Shown: piece by piece, positions 26,224 to 34,738 of the stretch
Layout of the letters: each line of letters begins with the position of its first letter
How positions within the stretch are numbered: the first letter of the stretch is position 1
Assembly: GCA_963759415.1 (NCBI GenBank)
Contig: CAVWZG010000001.1
Span: forward strand, 111,585 to 175,584
DNA: 64,000 nucleotides
From: an uncultured Verrucomicrobiae bacterium
Lineage (GTDB): Bacteria > Verrucomicrobiota > Verrucomicrobiia > Limisphaerales > Palsa-1400
Direction: 5' to 3'
Made by a program: the position numbers and the translations under genes
The notes under the pieces: model-generated
The model's database searches: none
What the model was told of the DNA's origin: nothing
What the model saw: only the letters and a program-made list of their open reading frames with translations

Positions 26224-27504
26224 ATGGAAAAATTAAGCATTAACAATTTCGGGGGCCTCAAGTCGGTTGAATTGGAGATACGCCCTGTGACCGGCTTCAT
26301 CGGCCCGGAGGGATCCGGCAAGAGTGTCATCGCCAAGCTGTTGTATTTTTTCCGCCAAATTGCCTCGCGTTTGCCAACCGCAATCCGTTATCAGGAAAGT
26401 CCCCAGTATAAGGTGGAATGTCGCAAGCGTTTTAACCGATACTTCCCAATTGAAAATACCGGCATTGGTGATTTCGAAATCACGTACTCGAACAATAAGG
26501 AATGGGTTCGCGTTACTTTTGCCGCTCGGAAGGACGCTGGAATGCCAAGCCTTGATTTGGAGTGGAGCAGCATCTATGACATGATGTTGGAGAAAATTGC
26601 CCACCCGAGAGATAAGATGCCGGCTCTTGGGGACAACGTGACCGAACTCACCACCAGAATCCTTGCGTTTCGTGAAGAAGTCGAACCTGACATGGTGCGA
26701 GCGTTGGGGACTAGGGCAATTTTCGATCAGATTTTTATCCCGGCAGGACGTGCCTTTTTCTCACAGGTTCAGAACACTGTCTTTACGCAGTTTGCGGAAG
26801 GGGAAAGCCCTGAGCCTTTCATGGCCGAGTTTGGTGCATTGCTTGAACAAAGCAAGTCCATTCTGGATTCAGTCGGACTCTTCAACGTAACCTCCGGCGA
26901 AATGTCAGTGCCTCATGCTTTAGGGCCTAGTTTTGACGAAATACTACACGCACGGTTGTTGCGAATTAGGAATCAAGATTTCCTCGAATTTGCAGACGGT
27001 CGTCGCGTCAAGCTCGCGCAAGCGTCCTCCGGCCAACAGGAAGCTTTGCCATTGCTCCTTTTGTTGGCATCGTTGATGTTGCCTGGAAATTGGCGTGGCC
27101 GCGTTTTGTATATCGAAGAGCCAGAGGCACATCTTTTTCCATCCACGCAGAAACTCATCATGGAATCGATGGTTAAGTTTTTTAGGGCGTGGGGTGGGAG
27201 AATGGGCCTTGTGCTGACAACCCATAGCCCTTACATCCTCACGTCTATCAACAACCTACTTCAAGCCGGGAAACTTTACGCCGCTGCGACAAAGAAAGAG
27301 GCTGACAGGCTTGCCCGGATCATTCCCGTCACGCGTACATTTAACCCGGATGAGGTCGGTTTCTACGCACTTGAGAATGGGAATGCCAAGTCGATCATGG
27401 ATCCACAAATGGGGCTGATAGATGCCGATATCATTGACCAAGTTTCAAACGATATCGCCATCCAGTTCGATCAATTGCTCTCGGAGGGGAATGAAAAGTC
27501 CTGA
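26224..27504 (+). CDS. ABC/SMC-like ATPase of the AAA_21/AAA_15 type, with no fused nuclease domain
   Basis: 426-aa ORF with Walker A GPEGSGKS (aa 27-34), signature-like ASSGQQ (267-272), Walker B plus the EEPEAHL motif VLYIEEPEAHLFP (294-306), and H-loop TTHSPY (332-337). It is AT-rich relative to its flanks. Confidence 0.8.
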   Translation: MEKLSINNFGGLKSVELEIRPVTGFIGPEGSGKSVIAKLLYFFRQIASRLPTAIRYQESPQYKVECRKRFNRYFPIENTGIGDFEITYSNNKEWVRVTFAARKDAGMPSLDLEWSSIYDMMLEKIAHPRDKMPALGDNVTELTTRILAFREEVEPDMVRALGTRAIFDQIFIPAGRAFFSQVQNTVFTQFAEGESPEPFMAEFGALLEQSKSILDSVGLFNVTSGEMSVPHALGPSFDEILHARLLRIRNQDFLEFADGRRVKLAQASSGQQEALPLLLLLASLMLPGNWRGRVLYIEEPEAHLFPSTQKLIMESMVKFFRAWGGRMGLVLTTHSPYILTSINNLLQAGKLYAAATKKEADRLARIIPVTRTFNPDEVGFYALENGNAKSIMDPQMGLIDADIIDQVSNDIAIQFDQLLSEGNEKS

Positions 27505-27922
27505 CGGCCGGGAGTGCAGCGACTTCCATCGGCACAAGAAGATTGCCCTCAGCGGCAAGAAAACCACAAAGCTTTACCTCCTCAATCCCACGGAACGCCG
27601 GGTGGAGCAGATTGTGGTGGATGGTTGTGCGATCATGGAAGGAAGACGTTGTGATTGGCTTGTCCGAGTGGACGACGCAATGTCCAAGGAAGAAATTTAC
27701 GTGGAACTGAAAGCTTCGAAGGTTGACTACGCGGTCGAACAATTGCGGGCAACCATTGAAAAGCTCTCCGCCGACCACGCGAGCTTGCTCAAACGATGCT
27801 TCGTTGTCTTTAACCGGAACCCGATGACCGGAACGGATACCCAGAAATACAAACTCCAATTCCGTCAAACGTTCAACTCCGGTTTCCGGCTGGTCAAAGA
27901 CAAGACAGAGGTTCGGCTTTAA
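27491..27922 (+). CDS. 143-aa hypothetical protein, putative PD-(D/E)xK-fold nuclease
   Basis: The ATG at 27491 lies 14 nt inside the ATPase 3' end and is preceded by GGAGGGG. The motif arrangement is D55 (RCDWLVRV)-x16-E72-x-K74 (IYVELKASKVDYAVEQLRATI). The alternative upstream ATG at 27422 would overlap the ATPase by 83 nt. Confidence 0.5.
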   Translation: MKSPDGRECSDFHRHKKIALSGKKTTKLYLLNPTERRVEQIVVDGCAIMEGRRCDWLVRVDDAMSKEEIYVELKASKVDYAVEQLRATIEKLSADHASLLKRCFVVFNRNPMTGTDTQKYKLQFRQTFNSGFRLVKDKTEVRL

Positions 27923-29049
27923 GCCTTCCCCAATTCGCCCAGCACAAGGCGCAGGAAGGCGACGTTGTCGATTTGCACGTAGTTCATCGCGCCGCCCATG
28001 CGGGAGTAGCTCTTGCAAAAACGCAGATAATAGGCCGGATTGTCCCTGGGCGGCTCGCCCCGCGTCCAATCCCAATGCCCGCCGTCCTGCAAATCCACCA
28101 CGTAAAAGCTGTGCCCTTTGACAATGGGCCGGCCGGCTTGCAATCTGAAATTGTTGATGCAACTGAGGCTCTTTTCGAAAACCTGCGGCCCCATGATGGC
28201 CGAACCGACCGACAGCACGACCCCGCCATCCAGGTTCTCCACCGCGCCGCCAAAGATCCGAAAATCCATTTCCCCCGCCCGGCCAATGGCAGCGCCGTTG
28301 AACATGGGATGATTGGTGATAATGTCGTAGCCGATGCCGGGATGGATGGTCATCGGCACGTTCAAGCTGAAACTTTGCGCCAGCACGCAGGTGGCTTTGT
28401 GCGGATGCGCCACGGTGTGGCGTCCGGCGGCCAGATGATGCACGCGCATGGCCTGCAAAAGCTCGGCCCGCGCCGGCGAGAGCGGGTTGGAAGGCGCGCT
28501 TCGCAACGCCGCTTCAAGCGATTCCACCGACGGCAAAGTGACGCCATCCTGGGCGACAAATTTTCCGAGGGCGCGGCCAAAGCCGTCCCCTTCCAACGCG
28601 CCGGCCAGCAACGCCAGTTGAAAGTTTCGCCCCGTTTCCTCCCAGCTTCCGAAAGTGCCGGTGGCGACGTTTTCTTTGACGCTTTCAGTCGAGATGCCCT
28701 GGTAGGCTAATTCCCAGTCATGAATCGAGCCGGCGCCGTTGGTGGCCAGATGGGTCACCCAATTCTTTTGCATCAAGCGAATGAGGAGCGTGGCCCCGCC
28801 GTTCTTGATCAGATGCGCGCCGTAAATAAGCATGACCGAGGCTTTTTTGGCGCGAGCCTGCGCGATGTCGCGGGCGCATTGCCGGACCAGGGAAAGATTC
28901 GGCTCCTGGCAGGGCGGAGGCGGAGAGTTGGGGTCGGCCAAAATGTCCTCCAACCGCGCCAGGCTATGGCGTTGGGCCAGCGGCAGGACTTTCAGCTTGG
29001 TCATATCGATGCGTGATGGCATATCAAATTTAAAAAAGCAAACTCGCAA
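27919..29049 (-). CDS. Deoxyhypusine synthase-like (DHS-like NAD-binding fold) protein, tentative
   Basis: 376-aa ORF. The segment MLIYGAHLIKNGGATLLIRLMQKNWVTHLATNGAGSIHDWE resembles the DHS-family nucleotide-binding core as I remember it. More likely starts are ATG 29022 or 29004. Confidence 0.4.
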   Translation of the reverse strand: MRVCFFKFDMPSRIDMTKLKVLPLAQRHSLARLEDILADPNSPPPPCQEPNLSLVRQCARDIAQARAKKASVMLIYGAHLIKNGGATLLIRLMQKNWVTHLATNGAGSIHDWELAYQGISTESVKENVATGTFGSWEETGRNFQLALLAGALEGDGFGRALGKFVAQDGVTLPSVESLEAALRSAPSNPLSPARAELLQAMRVHHLAAGRHTVAHPHKATCVLAQSFSLNVPMTIHPGIGYDIITNHPMFNGAAIGRAGEMDFRIFGGAVENLDGGVVLSVGSAIMGPQVFEKSLSCINNFRLQAGRPIVKGHSFYVVDLQDGGHWDWTRGEPPRDNPAYYLRFCKSYSRMGGAMNYVQIDNVAFLRLVLGELGKA

Positions 29050-29082
29050 AGATTTTGCCGTGAGTAAAGCTGTTTTGCGGGA

Positions 29083-30333
29083 TTAGGAGGAGCACGCAAC
29101 ATCTCCATGCACCCATTGACCATCTATCATTGAGGCGGCCACGGGACCGGTGTGATGAACCACCGCAGCCCACGCATCCTCCGCTTTGCCCTGGAATGGG
29201 ATCGCGATTAAATCAGCCAACCCTTGCTCGAAGAGGGCGCCAACTTGCTTTTCCCGGCCCAGCGCGCGCGCGCCTTGCTGCGTGGCCATGCGCGCGATCG
29301 TTTCGGGGGGAACGTCGGGGTGCGCGGCGGCGAAGGAGCGCATTTCGGTGAACATGTTCAATTGGGGTTTGGCGCGGCCATTCACTATCACGCTGGCCAG
29401 GCTGTCGGTGCCCAAACAAATGTTGACGCCGGCGTCGCGCAGTTTCTGGAAGGGAAACGGGGCGTGTCCGAAATAGGCGTGGCTTCGCGGGCAATGCACG
29501 ACGCTGGAGCCGGAATCGGCCAGGGCGGCGATGTCGCCGCCATCGAGATAGTTGGCGTGAACGGCCAGAAAATCCCGTCCCAGCAAGTGGCAGTGGCGCG
29601 CTTGTTGCACGGGTGACAGGCCCCGGCAATCCGACATGTCGCGCTGGCCCTTGAGCCAGTCAAACATAGAACCGTTCCGCCCGTCGTACATCTCCCACTC
29701 GGAGCGTGACTCGGCCAGGTGCGTGGTGACGCGCCAGTTGCGCTGGCGGGCGAGAGCCGCTGTTTGGCGGATCAGGGACGGCGTCGTGGAGTAAAGCGCG
29801 TGCGGAGATAGGCCAACGGAGCCGCGTTCGGAATGAAGGCTTTTGATCTTGGCCACAGCCTCGCGCAGGATGTCCGCCGGCTTGCGGCCGCTGTTGACGC
29901 CGGTCATTTCCAGGAACGAGAAGACGCGCAAGGGAGTCGCCGACCAGAGGTCGGGCAGCAATTCCGGCACGGCTTCTATATCCGCCACCGTGGTGGTGCC
30001 GGTACGGAGGAGCATCTTGGCGCCCCGCAGCCAGGCTTCGGCGTAGTCGGTGTAACTAGCCGCCGCCTTGAGCGCCAGCAAGCCCTTGATCCAATCGGGG
30101 AACTCTTTTTGCGGCGGCAGGCCGGCCATGTCGGTGTAATCGAGATGACAATGGGCATTGACCAGACCTGGCAGCAAAATCACCGGTCCCAGATCGACGG
30201 TCGGAACATGGGCGCGGGCAGCCAAATCCCGCCAGGAACCGACAGCCAGGACGCGATTCGCGGAAAGCAAGACAGCCCCGTTTTCGACGGGGGGCGCGGA
30301 GACAGGCAACAAAATACGGGCGCGCAAAAGCAT
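29083..30333 (-). CDS. Amidohydrolase-superfamily deaminase (MTA/SAH or aminofutalosine deaminase-like, chlorohydrolase family)
   Basis: ILLPGLVNAHCHLDYT (HxH), THLAES, AVHANYL, VVHCP and CLGTDS, the metal-ligand pattern of amidohydrolase_1. Confidence 0.75.
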   Translation of the reverse strand: MLLRARILLPVSAPPVENGAVLLSANRVLAVGSWRDLAARAHVPTVDLGPVILLPGLVNAHCHLDYTDMAGLPPQKEFPDWIKGLLALKAAASYTDYAEAWLRGAKMLLRTGTTTVADIEAVPELLPDLWSATPLRVFSFLEMTGVNSGRKPADILREAVAKIKSLHSERGSVGLSPHALYSTTPSLIRQTAALARQRNWRVTTHLAESRSEWEMYDGRNGSMFDWLKGQRDMSDCRGLSPVQQARHCHLLGRDFLAVHANYLDGGDIAALADSGSSVVHCPRSHAYFGHAPFPFQKLRDAGVNICLGTDSLASVIVNGRAKPQLNMFTEMRSFAAAHPDVPPETIARMATQQGARALGREKQVGALFEQGLADLIAIPFQGKAEDAWAAVVHHTGPVAASMIDGQWVHGDVACSS

Positions 30334-30376
30334 GAGAGAAGGCTGGTCAACCTTCCGCCGTCCAAACCCATCGTCA

Positions 30377-30727
30377 TTATTCGGCGGTTTGGCGGGACTC
30401 TTTAACTCGGGAGCCTACGGTATGTTTGCGCGCTTTGTATTTGTTATGGCGCTTGCGCAATTGCTGTTCGATCTTCTTCGTCACCAGGTCGATGGCCGCG
30501 TACAAATCCTCCTTGCGATCCACCGCGTAGAGATCCGGGCCGGGCACGGCCAGCCGCATGGCGCAGGTGAACTGGCGTTCCGGCCGTTTGAGATGGTCAT
30601 GTTCGAGGCTGACGCGGGCGCTGGTGCAATAGCGGTCCAGATGCTCTAATTTTTCGAGTCGGGAAAGGATATGGTCTTCGATGGATTTGGTTAAGGTGAC
30701 ATTGTGGGTCGTCAGAATAAACTTCAT
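30377..30727 (-). CDS. hpf: Ribosome hibernation promoting factor (S30AE / RaiA family)
   Basis: MKFILTTHNVTLTKSIEDHILSRLEKLEHL...DLYAAIDLVTKKIEQQLRKRHNK. The start is chosen at the MKF ATG (30727). Confidence 0.8.
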   Translation of the reverse strand: MKFILTTHNVTLTKSIEDHILSRLEKLEHLDRYCTSARVSLEHDHLKRPERQFTCAMRLAVPGPDLYAVDRKEDLYAAIDLVTKKIEQQLRKRHNKYKARKHTVGSRVKESRQTAE

Positions 30728-30803
30728 ACGCATCAACTTGCTTCAAGTCGCGCGCAAAATCCAGTTTTTTGCATGATGCAAATTTCTTTGCCCAAGCGCC
30801 AAA

Positions 30804-31598
30804 ATGGGTTTTAATCCGCTCGTGCCGACCAAAATCATATCCGTGGCCAATCAAAAAGGGGGGGTGGGAAAAACAACCACCGCCATCAATCTTGCCGCCT
30901 GCATGGCCCAATTGGGGCGGCGGGTTCTGTTGCTGGACCTGGACCCGCAAGCCAACGCCACCAGCGGCCTGGGCCTGGAAAAAACCGAGGGCGCCAGCGC
31001 CTACCGGCCTTTGCTGGGCGAAGGGACATTGCTGGAAAAAATCCGGCCCACGGCCTTCGAGCGCCTCGAAATCATCCCGAGCGAAGTGGATATGTGCGGG
31101 GCGGAGGTGGAAATCGCCCGGGCGGAGAACCACCTGCACCGGCTCTCGGGCCTGCTGCGACCGCTGGCGGAGAGCGGGCGGTATGATATAATTTTGATTG
31201 ACTGTCCGCCGTCGCTGGGCATTTTGACCCTCAACGCCTTCGCGGCCTCGGATGGCCTGATTATTCCCCTGCAATGCGAATATTACGCCCTGGAAGGCAT
31301 TTCCATGAGCCATAAGGTGTTGAGCCAGGTGCGGGGATCGGGCATCAACGCGCGCTTGGAGTTGTTGGGGGTGGTGATGACGATGTTTGACGTGCGCACG
31401 CGGCTTTCGGCGCAGGTTGTGGGGGAAGTGCGGGAGCATTTTGGCCCGCTGGTCTTTGAGACGGTCATCCCGCGCGCCACGCGCCTGGCCGAGGCCCCCA
31501 GTTTCGGCAAGCCCATCATTCATTACGACAAATCCAGCGCCGGCGCGGTGGCCTACGAGGCGCTGACCGTGGAAGTGCTCAAGAAAATTGAGTCTTAG
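30804..31598 (+). CDS. parA: ParA/Soj-family partition ATPase
   Basis: Deviant Walker A IISVANQKGGVGKTTTAINLAA, plus LLLDLDPQANAT, IILIDCPPSLG and PRATRLAEAPSFGKPI. Confidence 0.9.
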   Translation: MGFNPLVPTKIISVANQKGGVGKTTTAINLAACMAQLGRRVLLLDLDPQANATSGLGLEKTEGASAYRPLLGEGTLLEKIRPTAFERLEIIPSEVDMCGAEVEIARAENHLHRLSGLLRPLAESGRYDIILIDCPPSLGILTLNAFAASDGLIIPLQCEYYALEGISMSHKVLSQVRGSGINARLELLGVVMTMFDVRTRLSAQVVGEVREHFGPLVFETVIPRATRLAEAPSFGKPIIHYDKSSAGAVAYEALTVEVLKKIES

Positions 31599-32700
31599 GA
31601 CTACTATCCAGACAGTCCAGCGCGGCCACCACCACTTGCTCCGTCTCGATGCCGCGCAGGCAGCGCAGGTCAATCGGACACTCGCGCCGGAAACAGGGGG
31701 CGCATGGGGCATGGCATCGCACCACTCGCGCCCGCGCGGAAAAAACCGGCCCGGTCAACTCCGGCGAGGTGCTGCCAAAAATAGCCGCCACCGGCGCGCC
31801 CACCGCCGCCGCCAGGTGCATGGGCCCGGTGTCGTTAGTCAACACTAGATCGCATATTTTCAACGCCGCCGCCAACTCGCGCAGGCTCGTTTGGCCCGCC
31901 AGGTTCAGCGGCGCTTCCCCGCTGGCGCGAGCCAGATCCCTGGCAATCCCCTGCGCCAAAGCCCGATCCTTCGCGCCCCCAAACACGATCCAATGGCACT
32001 GGGTTTTCTGCCGCAAGGCCCAGGCTGCCGCCACAAAACGCTCCGCCGGCCAGCGCTTGGCCGAACCGTATTCAGCTCCCGGATTCAATCCGAACCAGGG
32101 CCGCCCGGATGAGCGCACCAATCCAAATTTCACGCAGACTTCCTCCATTTCGCTTTCGCTGACCTCAATCCGAGGCGCCATCGGCTCCGGCGATGCTCCC
32201 AGCGCGGCGGCCAGGTGCAAGTATTGATGGGCATGGTGGGCTATCGGCGGATAAAGGGTCGTAGGCGCGTTCGATTGGATGCGCCACTGAATCTGTGCCG
32301 CGGGCAATTTGTGCATCTCCACCGCGCCCGCGCGAGGAAGCACCGCTTTCGTCAAGAATAGCGAACGCCCCCGGCGCGCGAGGCCGACACGCTGGGGTAT
32401 GCCGGCCAGCCACAGCTCCAGCGCGGAACGGATGGAATTGGGCAATGCCAGGCCGATGTCGAATCTTTTTTCGCGCAGCCGCCGGCCCACCTGCCAGAGG
32501 TTTTCCCATGGGGCGAATGTCAACAATTCGTCCACGAAAGACTGCCCCTGCCAAAGGCCGGCCAGTTTTTCCGGCGCGAGCATCGTGATGCGCGCCCCGG
32601 GCCGCGCCTGCCGCAAGCGAAGCAACGCCGGCGTGCTCATGACCGCGTCGCCCAGCCAATTGACGCTCCGCACCAGAATTGTTTCCGTCGCCGCAGGCAT
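31579..32700 (-). CDS. waaF: Glycosyltransferase family 9, ADP-heptose:LPS heptosyltransferase II-like
   Basis: 373-aa product from ATG 32700 with ILVRSVNWLGDAVMSTPALLRL and LVLTNDTGPMHLAAAVGAPVAAIFGSTSP. The 277 extra N-terminal codons of listed ORF 31579..33531 overlap lpxK and are rejected. Confidence 0.75.
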   Translation of the reverse strand: MPAATETILVRSVNWLGDAVMSTPALLRLRQARPGARITMLAPEKLAGLWQGQSFVDELLTFAPWENLWQVGRRLREKRFDIGLALPNSIRSALELWLAGIPQRVGLARRGRSLFLTKAVLPRAGAVEMHKLPAAQIQWRIQSNAPTTLYPPIAHHAHQYLHLAAALGASPEPMAPRIEVSESEMEEVCVKFGLVRSSGRPWFGLNPGAEYGSAKRWPAERFVAAAWALRQKTQCHWIVFGGAKDRALAQGIARDLARASGEAPLNLAGQTSLRELAAALKICDLVLTNDTGPMHLAAAVGAPVAAIFGSTSPELTGPVFSARARVVRCHAPCAPCFRRECPIDLRCLRGIETEQVVVAALDCLDSSPKTQFS

Positions 32701-32702
32701 AA

Positions 32703-33875
32703 TTATCTGAGGCAGATTTTGCGCACGCAATCGTCGAAGTCCTCTGCCCCGCTGAGGATTTTGATTTCCACGCGCATAAAGTAAATCGGCAAATCGCGGC
32801 GGTCCAGCTTGGGAAAGCGAACCGCGTCCTTTTGCGTGGTGATGATGACTTCGGCCTGGCGCTTTTTGCTGCGGTTGATGGCGTTGAGGATTTCCTGCTG
32901 CGAGAAACGGTGGTGGTCGGCGAAACGTTTGGAATAGACCAGCTCGCGGCAGAGCTTGACCAGGCTTTGCTCGAAACTTTCCGGCTGCGCGATCCCACTC
33001 AGGCTGGCCAGGCGCAAACCGCGGACAAAATCCAGCCCCTTGCGTTCGCCGGTGAAAACGTCCTCGAAATAGAGCGGCGCGTGAATGCACTCGATGATGC
33101 CGGCGCCCGGATTGTAGAGATTGATGCGGTCGCGCAAAGCGGCGGTATTGCCGTCGCTCTTGGTGATGAAAATGACGTTGGCCCGCGCGAGGTGCGAGGG
33201 CGGTTCGCGCAATGTCCCGCGCGGGAACAAATGCTCGTTGCCAAAGGGCTGTTGGCAATCCACCAGCACCACGTCCTGCCGCCGCCCGGCCAGGCGCCAA
33301 TACTGGAAACCGTCGTCCAGCAGCAAGGTGTCGCAGCCGTAATGCTCGATGGCGTAACGCCCGCTCTTGACGCGGTTTTTGTCCACCAGAATGACGACAT
33401 CCTTGAGGTTGGAAGCGAGCATGAAAGGCTCGTCGCCTGCCGCGTCGGAATCGAGCAACAAATTCTTGCCGTCCGAGACCACCCTGGGCGGGGTGCTGTC
33501 TTCGCGCAGGAGCAATTTGTTCAGGAACCATTCACCCAGCGGCTGCGGGCGGGAACGGTAGCCGCGGGAAAGAATGGCCACGGTGCGGCCCTGGCGTTGC
33601 AATTCGCGCGCGAATTTCTCGACAACCGGCGTTTTGCCGGTGCCGCCAAAAGTCAGGTTGCCGATGGCAATGACCTGGATGCCCAGGGTGGAGTCGCGAA
33701 TCAGCCGCGCCTGGATGCAAAAGCGGTGAATCTTGATGATAAATTGATAAATCTTGGACAGGCCAAACAAAAAGGAGCGGATCAGCGCCGCGCGTTTGCC
33801 GCGGCGCTGTTCAAAGATAATTTCCAGGAACGGCGTTTCAATCGCCTCCGTCCATGCTCGAAGTGTCTGGCGCAC
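32703..33875 (-). CDS. lpxK: Tetraacyldisaccharide 4'-kinase
   Basis: P-loop [34 protein letters not shown]. The length and the position 2 nt upstream of the heptosyltransferase gene fit an LPS core operon. The start is GTG. Confidence 0.85.
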   Translation of the reverse strand: MRQTLRAWTEAIETPFLEIIFEQRRGKRAALIRSFLFGLSKIYQFIIKIHRFCIQARLIRDSTLGIQVIAIGNLTFGGTGKTPVVEKFARELQRQGRTVAILSRGYRSRPQPLGEWFLNKLLLREDSTPPRVVSDGKNLLLDSDAAGDEPFMLASNLKDVVILVDKNRVKSGRYAIEHYGCDTLLLDDGFQYWRLAGRRQDVVLVDCQQPFGNEHLFPRGTLREPPSHLARANVIFITKSDGNTAALRDRINLYNPGAGIIECIHAPLYFEDVFTGERKGLDFVRGLRLASLSGIAQPESFEQSLVKLCRELVYSKRFADHHRFSQQEILNAINRSKKRQAEVIITTQKDAVRFPKLDRRDLPIYFMRVEIKILSGAEDFDDCVRKICLR

Positions 33876-34027
33876 TAAGCCCCAAGTCTGCCCATTCCAC
33901 CCCGCCCCCGCAAGGTTAGGCGCGATTTTTTTGTTTAATCCAATCTTAATTCTTGAGACAGGGGCCTTGTTGTGCGTCTATGGTGGCAGCGGTTTCTTTC
34001 GGGGCATCCCGAATCCGCGCTTGTTGC

Positions 34028-34447
34028 GTGAAACTTTCAGTCAAAAGCGATTATGCGGTCCGCGCCGTGCTCTGGCTCTGTCAACATTACCAGGAGGGCG
34101 TCGTGCATACCGTGGAGGAAATGGCCTCCGCCCAGGACATCCCTCCCAATTACCTGGTGCAAATCCTCATCGAACTCAAATCGGCCCAGATTGTCAAAAG
34201 CCAGCGCGGCAAGGCCGGCGGCTACGTGCTGGCCCGGCCGCCGGCCGAGATCACCTTTGGCGATGTCCTGCGCTGCATCCACGGCGAAATCTTCGATTCA
34301 TCCGGGCTGACCCGTCCGCAAAGCCCGGCCGCCCTGCGCGCGGCCTGGCAGAAATTGCGCGAAGCCGTCAACTCCGCCGCCGACGCCATCACTTTCCAAC
34401 AATTGCTCGAATCCGCCGACGAGAAGGAGAAGATGTATTATATTTGA
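34028..34447 (+). CDS. Rrf2-family transcriptional regulator (no Cys cluster visible)
   Basis: VKLSVKSDYAVRAVLWL...HTVEEMASAQDIPPNYLVQILIELKSAQIVKSQRGKAGGYVLARP. The GTG at 34028 gives the canonical MKLS-type N-terminus. The listed ORF begins at a TTG at 33953. Confidence 0.8.
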   Translation: MKLSVKSDYAVRAVLWLCQHYQEGVVHTVEEMASAQDIPPNYLVQILIELKSAQIVKSQRGKAGGYVLARPPAEITFGDVLRCIHGEIFDSSGLTRPQSPAALRAAWQKLREAVNSAADAITFQQLLESADEKEKMYYI

Positions 34448-34572
34448 CGGAAGCGGCGGGCTGTCCCCGGATGGCCGTGGCGCTCTGGCTGATCCGATGG
34501 GGCTGTCCTCGGCTGGCTGCCGAATCAGGCGCCCGGGGTGCATTTCGTTTTTTTGGGTTGAGCTCTCTTGAT

Positions 34573-34642
34573 CTTAATCCTAATCCTAATCTTAATCTCA
34601 ACCATACGGGCCGAGGCGGCAGAGATTATGATTACGATTAAG
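34573..34642. repeat. Hexamer-repeat inverted repeat (CTAATC-type arms)
   Basis: The left arm cttaatcctaatcctaatc (34573..34591) pairs 17/19 with the right arm gattatgattacgattaag (34624..34642). Both arms are themselves 6-nt tandem repeats. Confidence 0.8.
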
Positions 34643-34738
34643 AGGGAAACCCAAGAAAGTGAAATGCACCCGGCGCCCGCAGGCTTGTTTTCTTTGGTTG
34701 AAGTGCGCCGGGTTTTTGGATAAACTGCGTAAGTTCTT

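Noticed and set aside
27917-27930. Inverted AAGGCT at the right island edge as a terminal inverted repeat partner of the 26122..26152 microsatellite
   Set aside because: Only 6 nt match, which is expected by chance.
32701-33531. N-terminal 277 codons of the listed 650-aa ORF 31579..33531
   Set aside because: This part overlaps lpxK in another frame and is R/P/G-rich. The GT9 homology begins exactly at the ATG at 32700, 2 nt after the lpxK stop.
33754-34641. 295-aa plus-strand ORF spanning the lpxK-Rrf2 intergenic region and the Rrf2 gene
   Set aside because: It is out of frame with the recognisable Rrf2 protein, is R/P/G-rich, and ends inside the hexamer repeat (peptide ..LNPNPNLNLN..RDYDYD). 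It is a repeat/shadow artefact.
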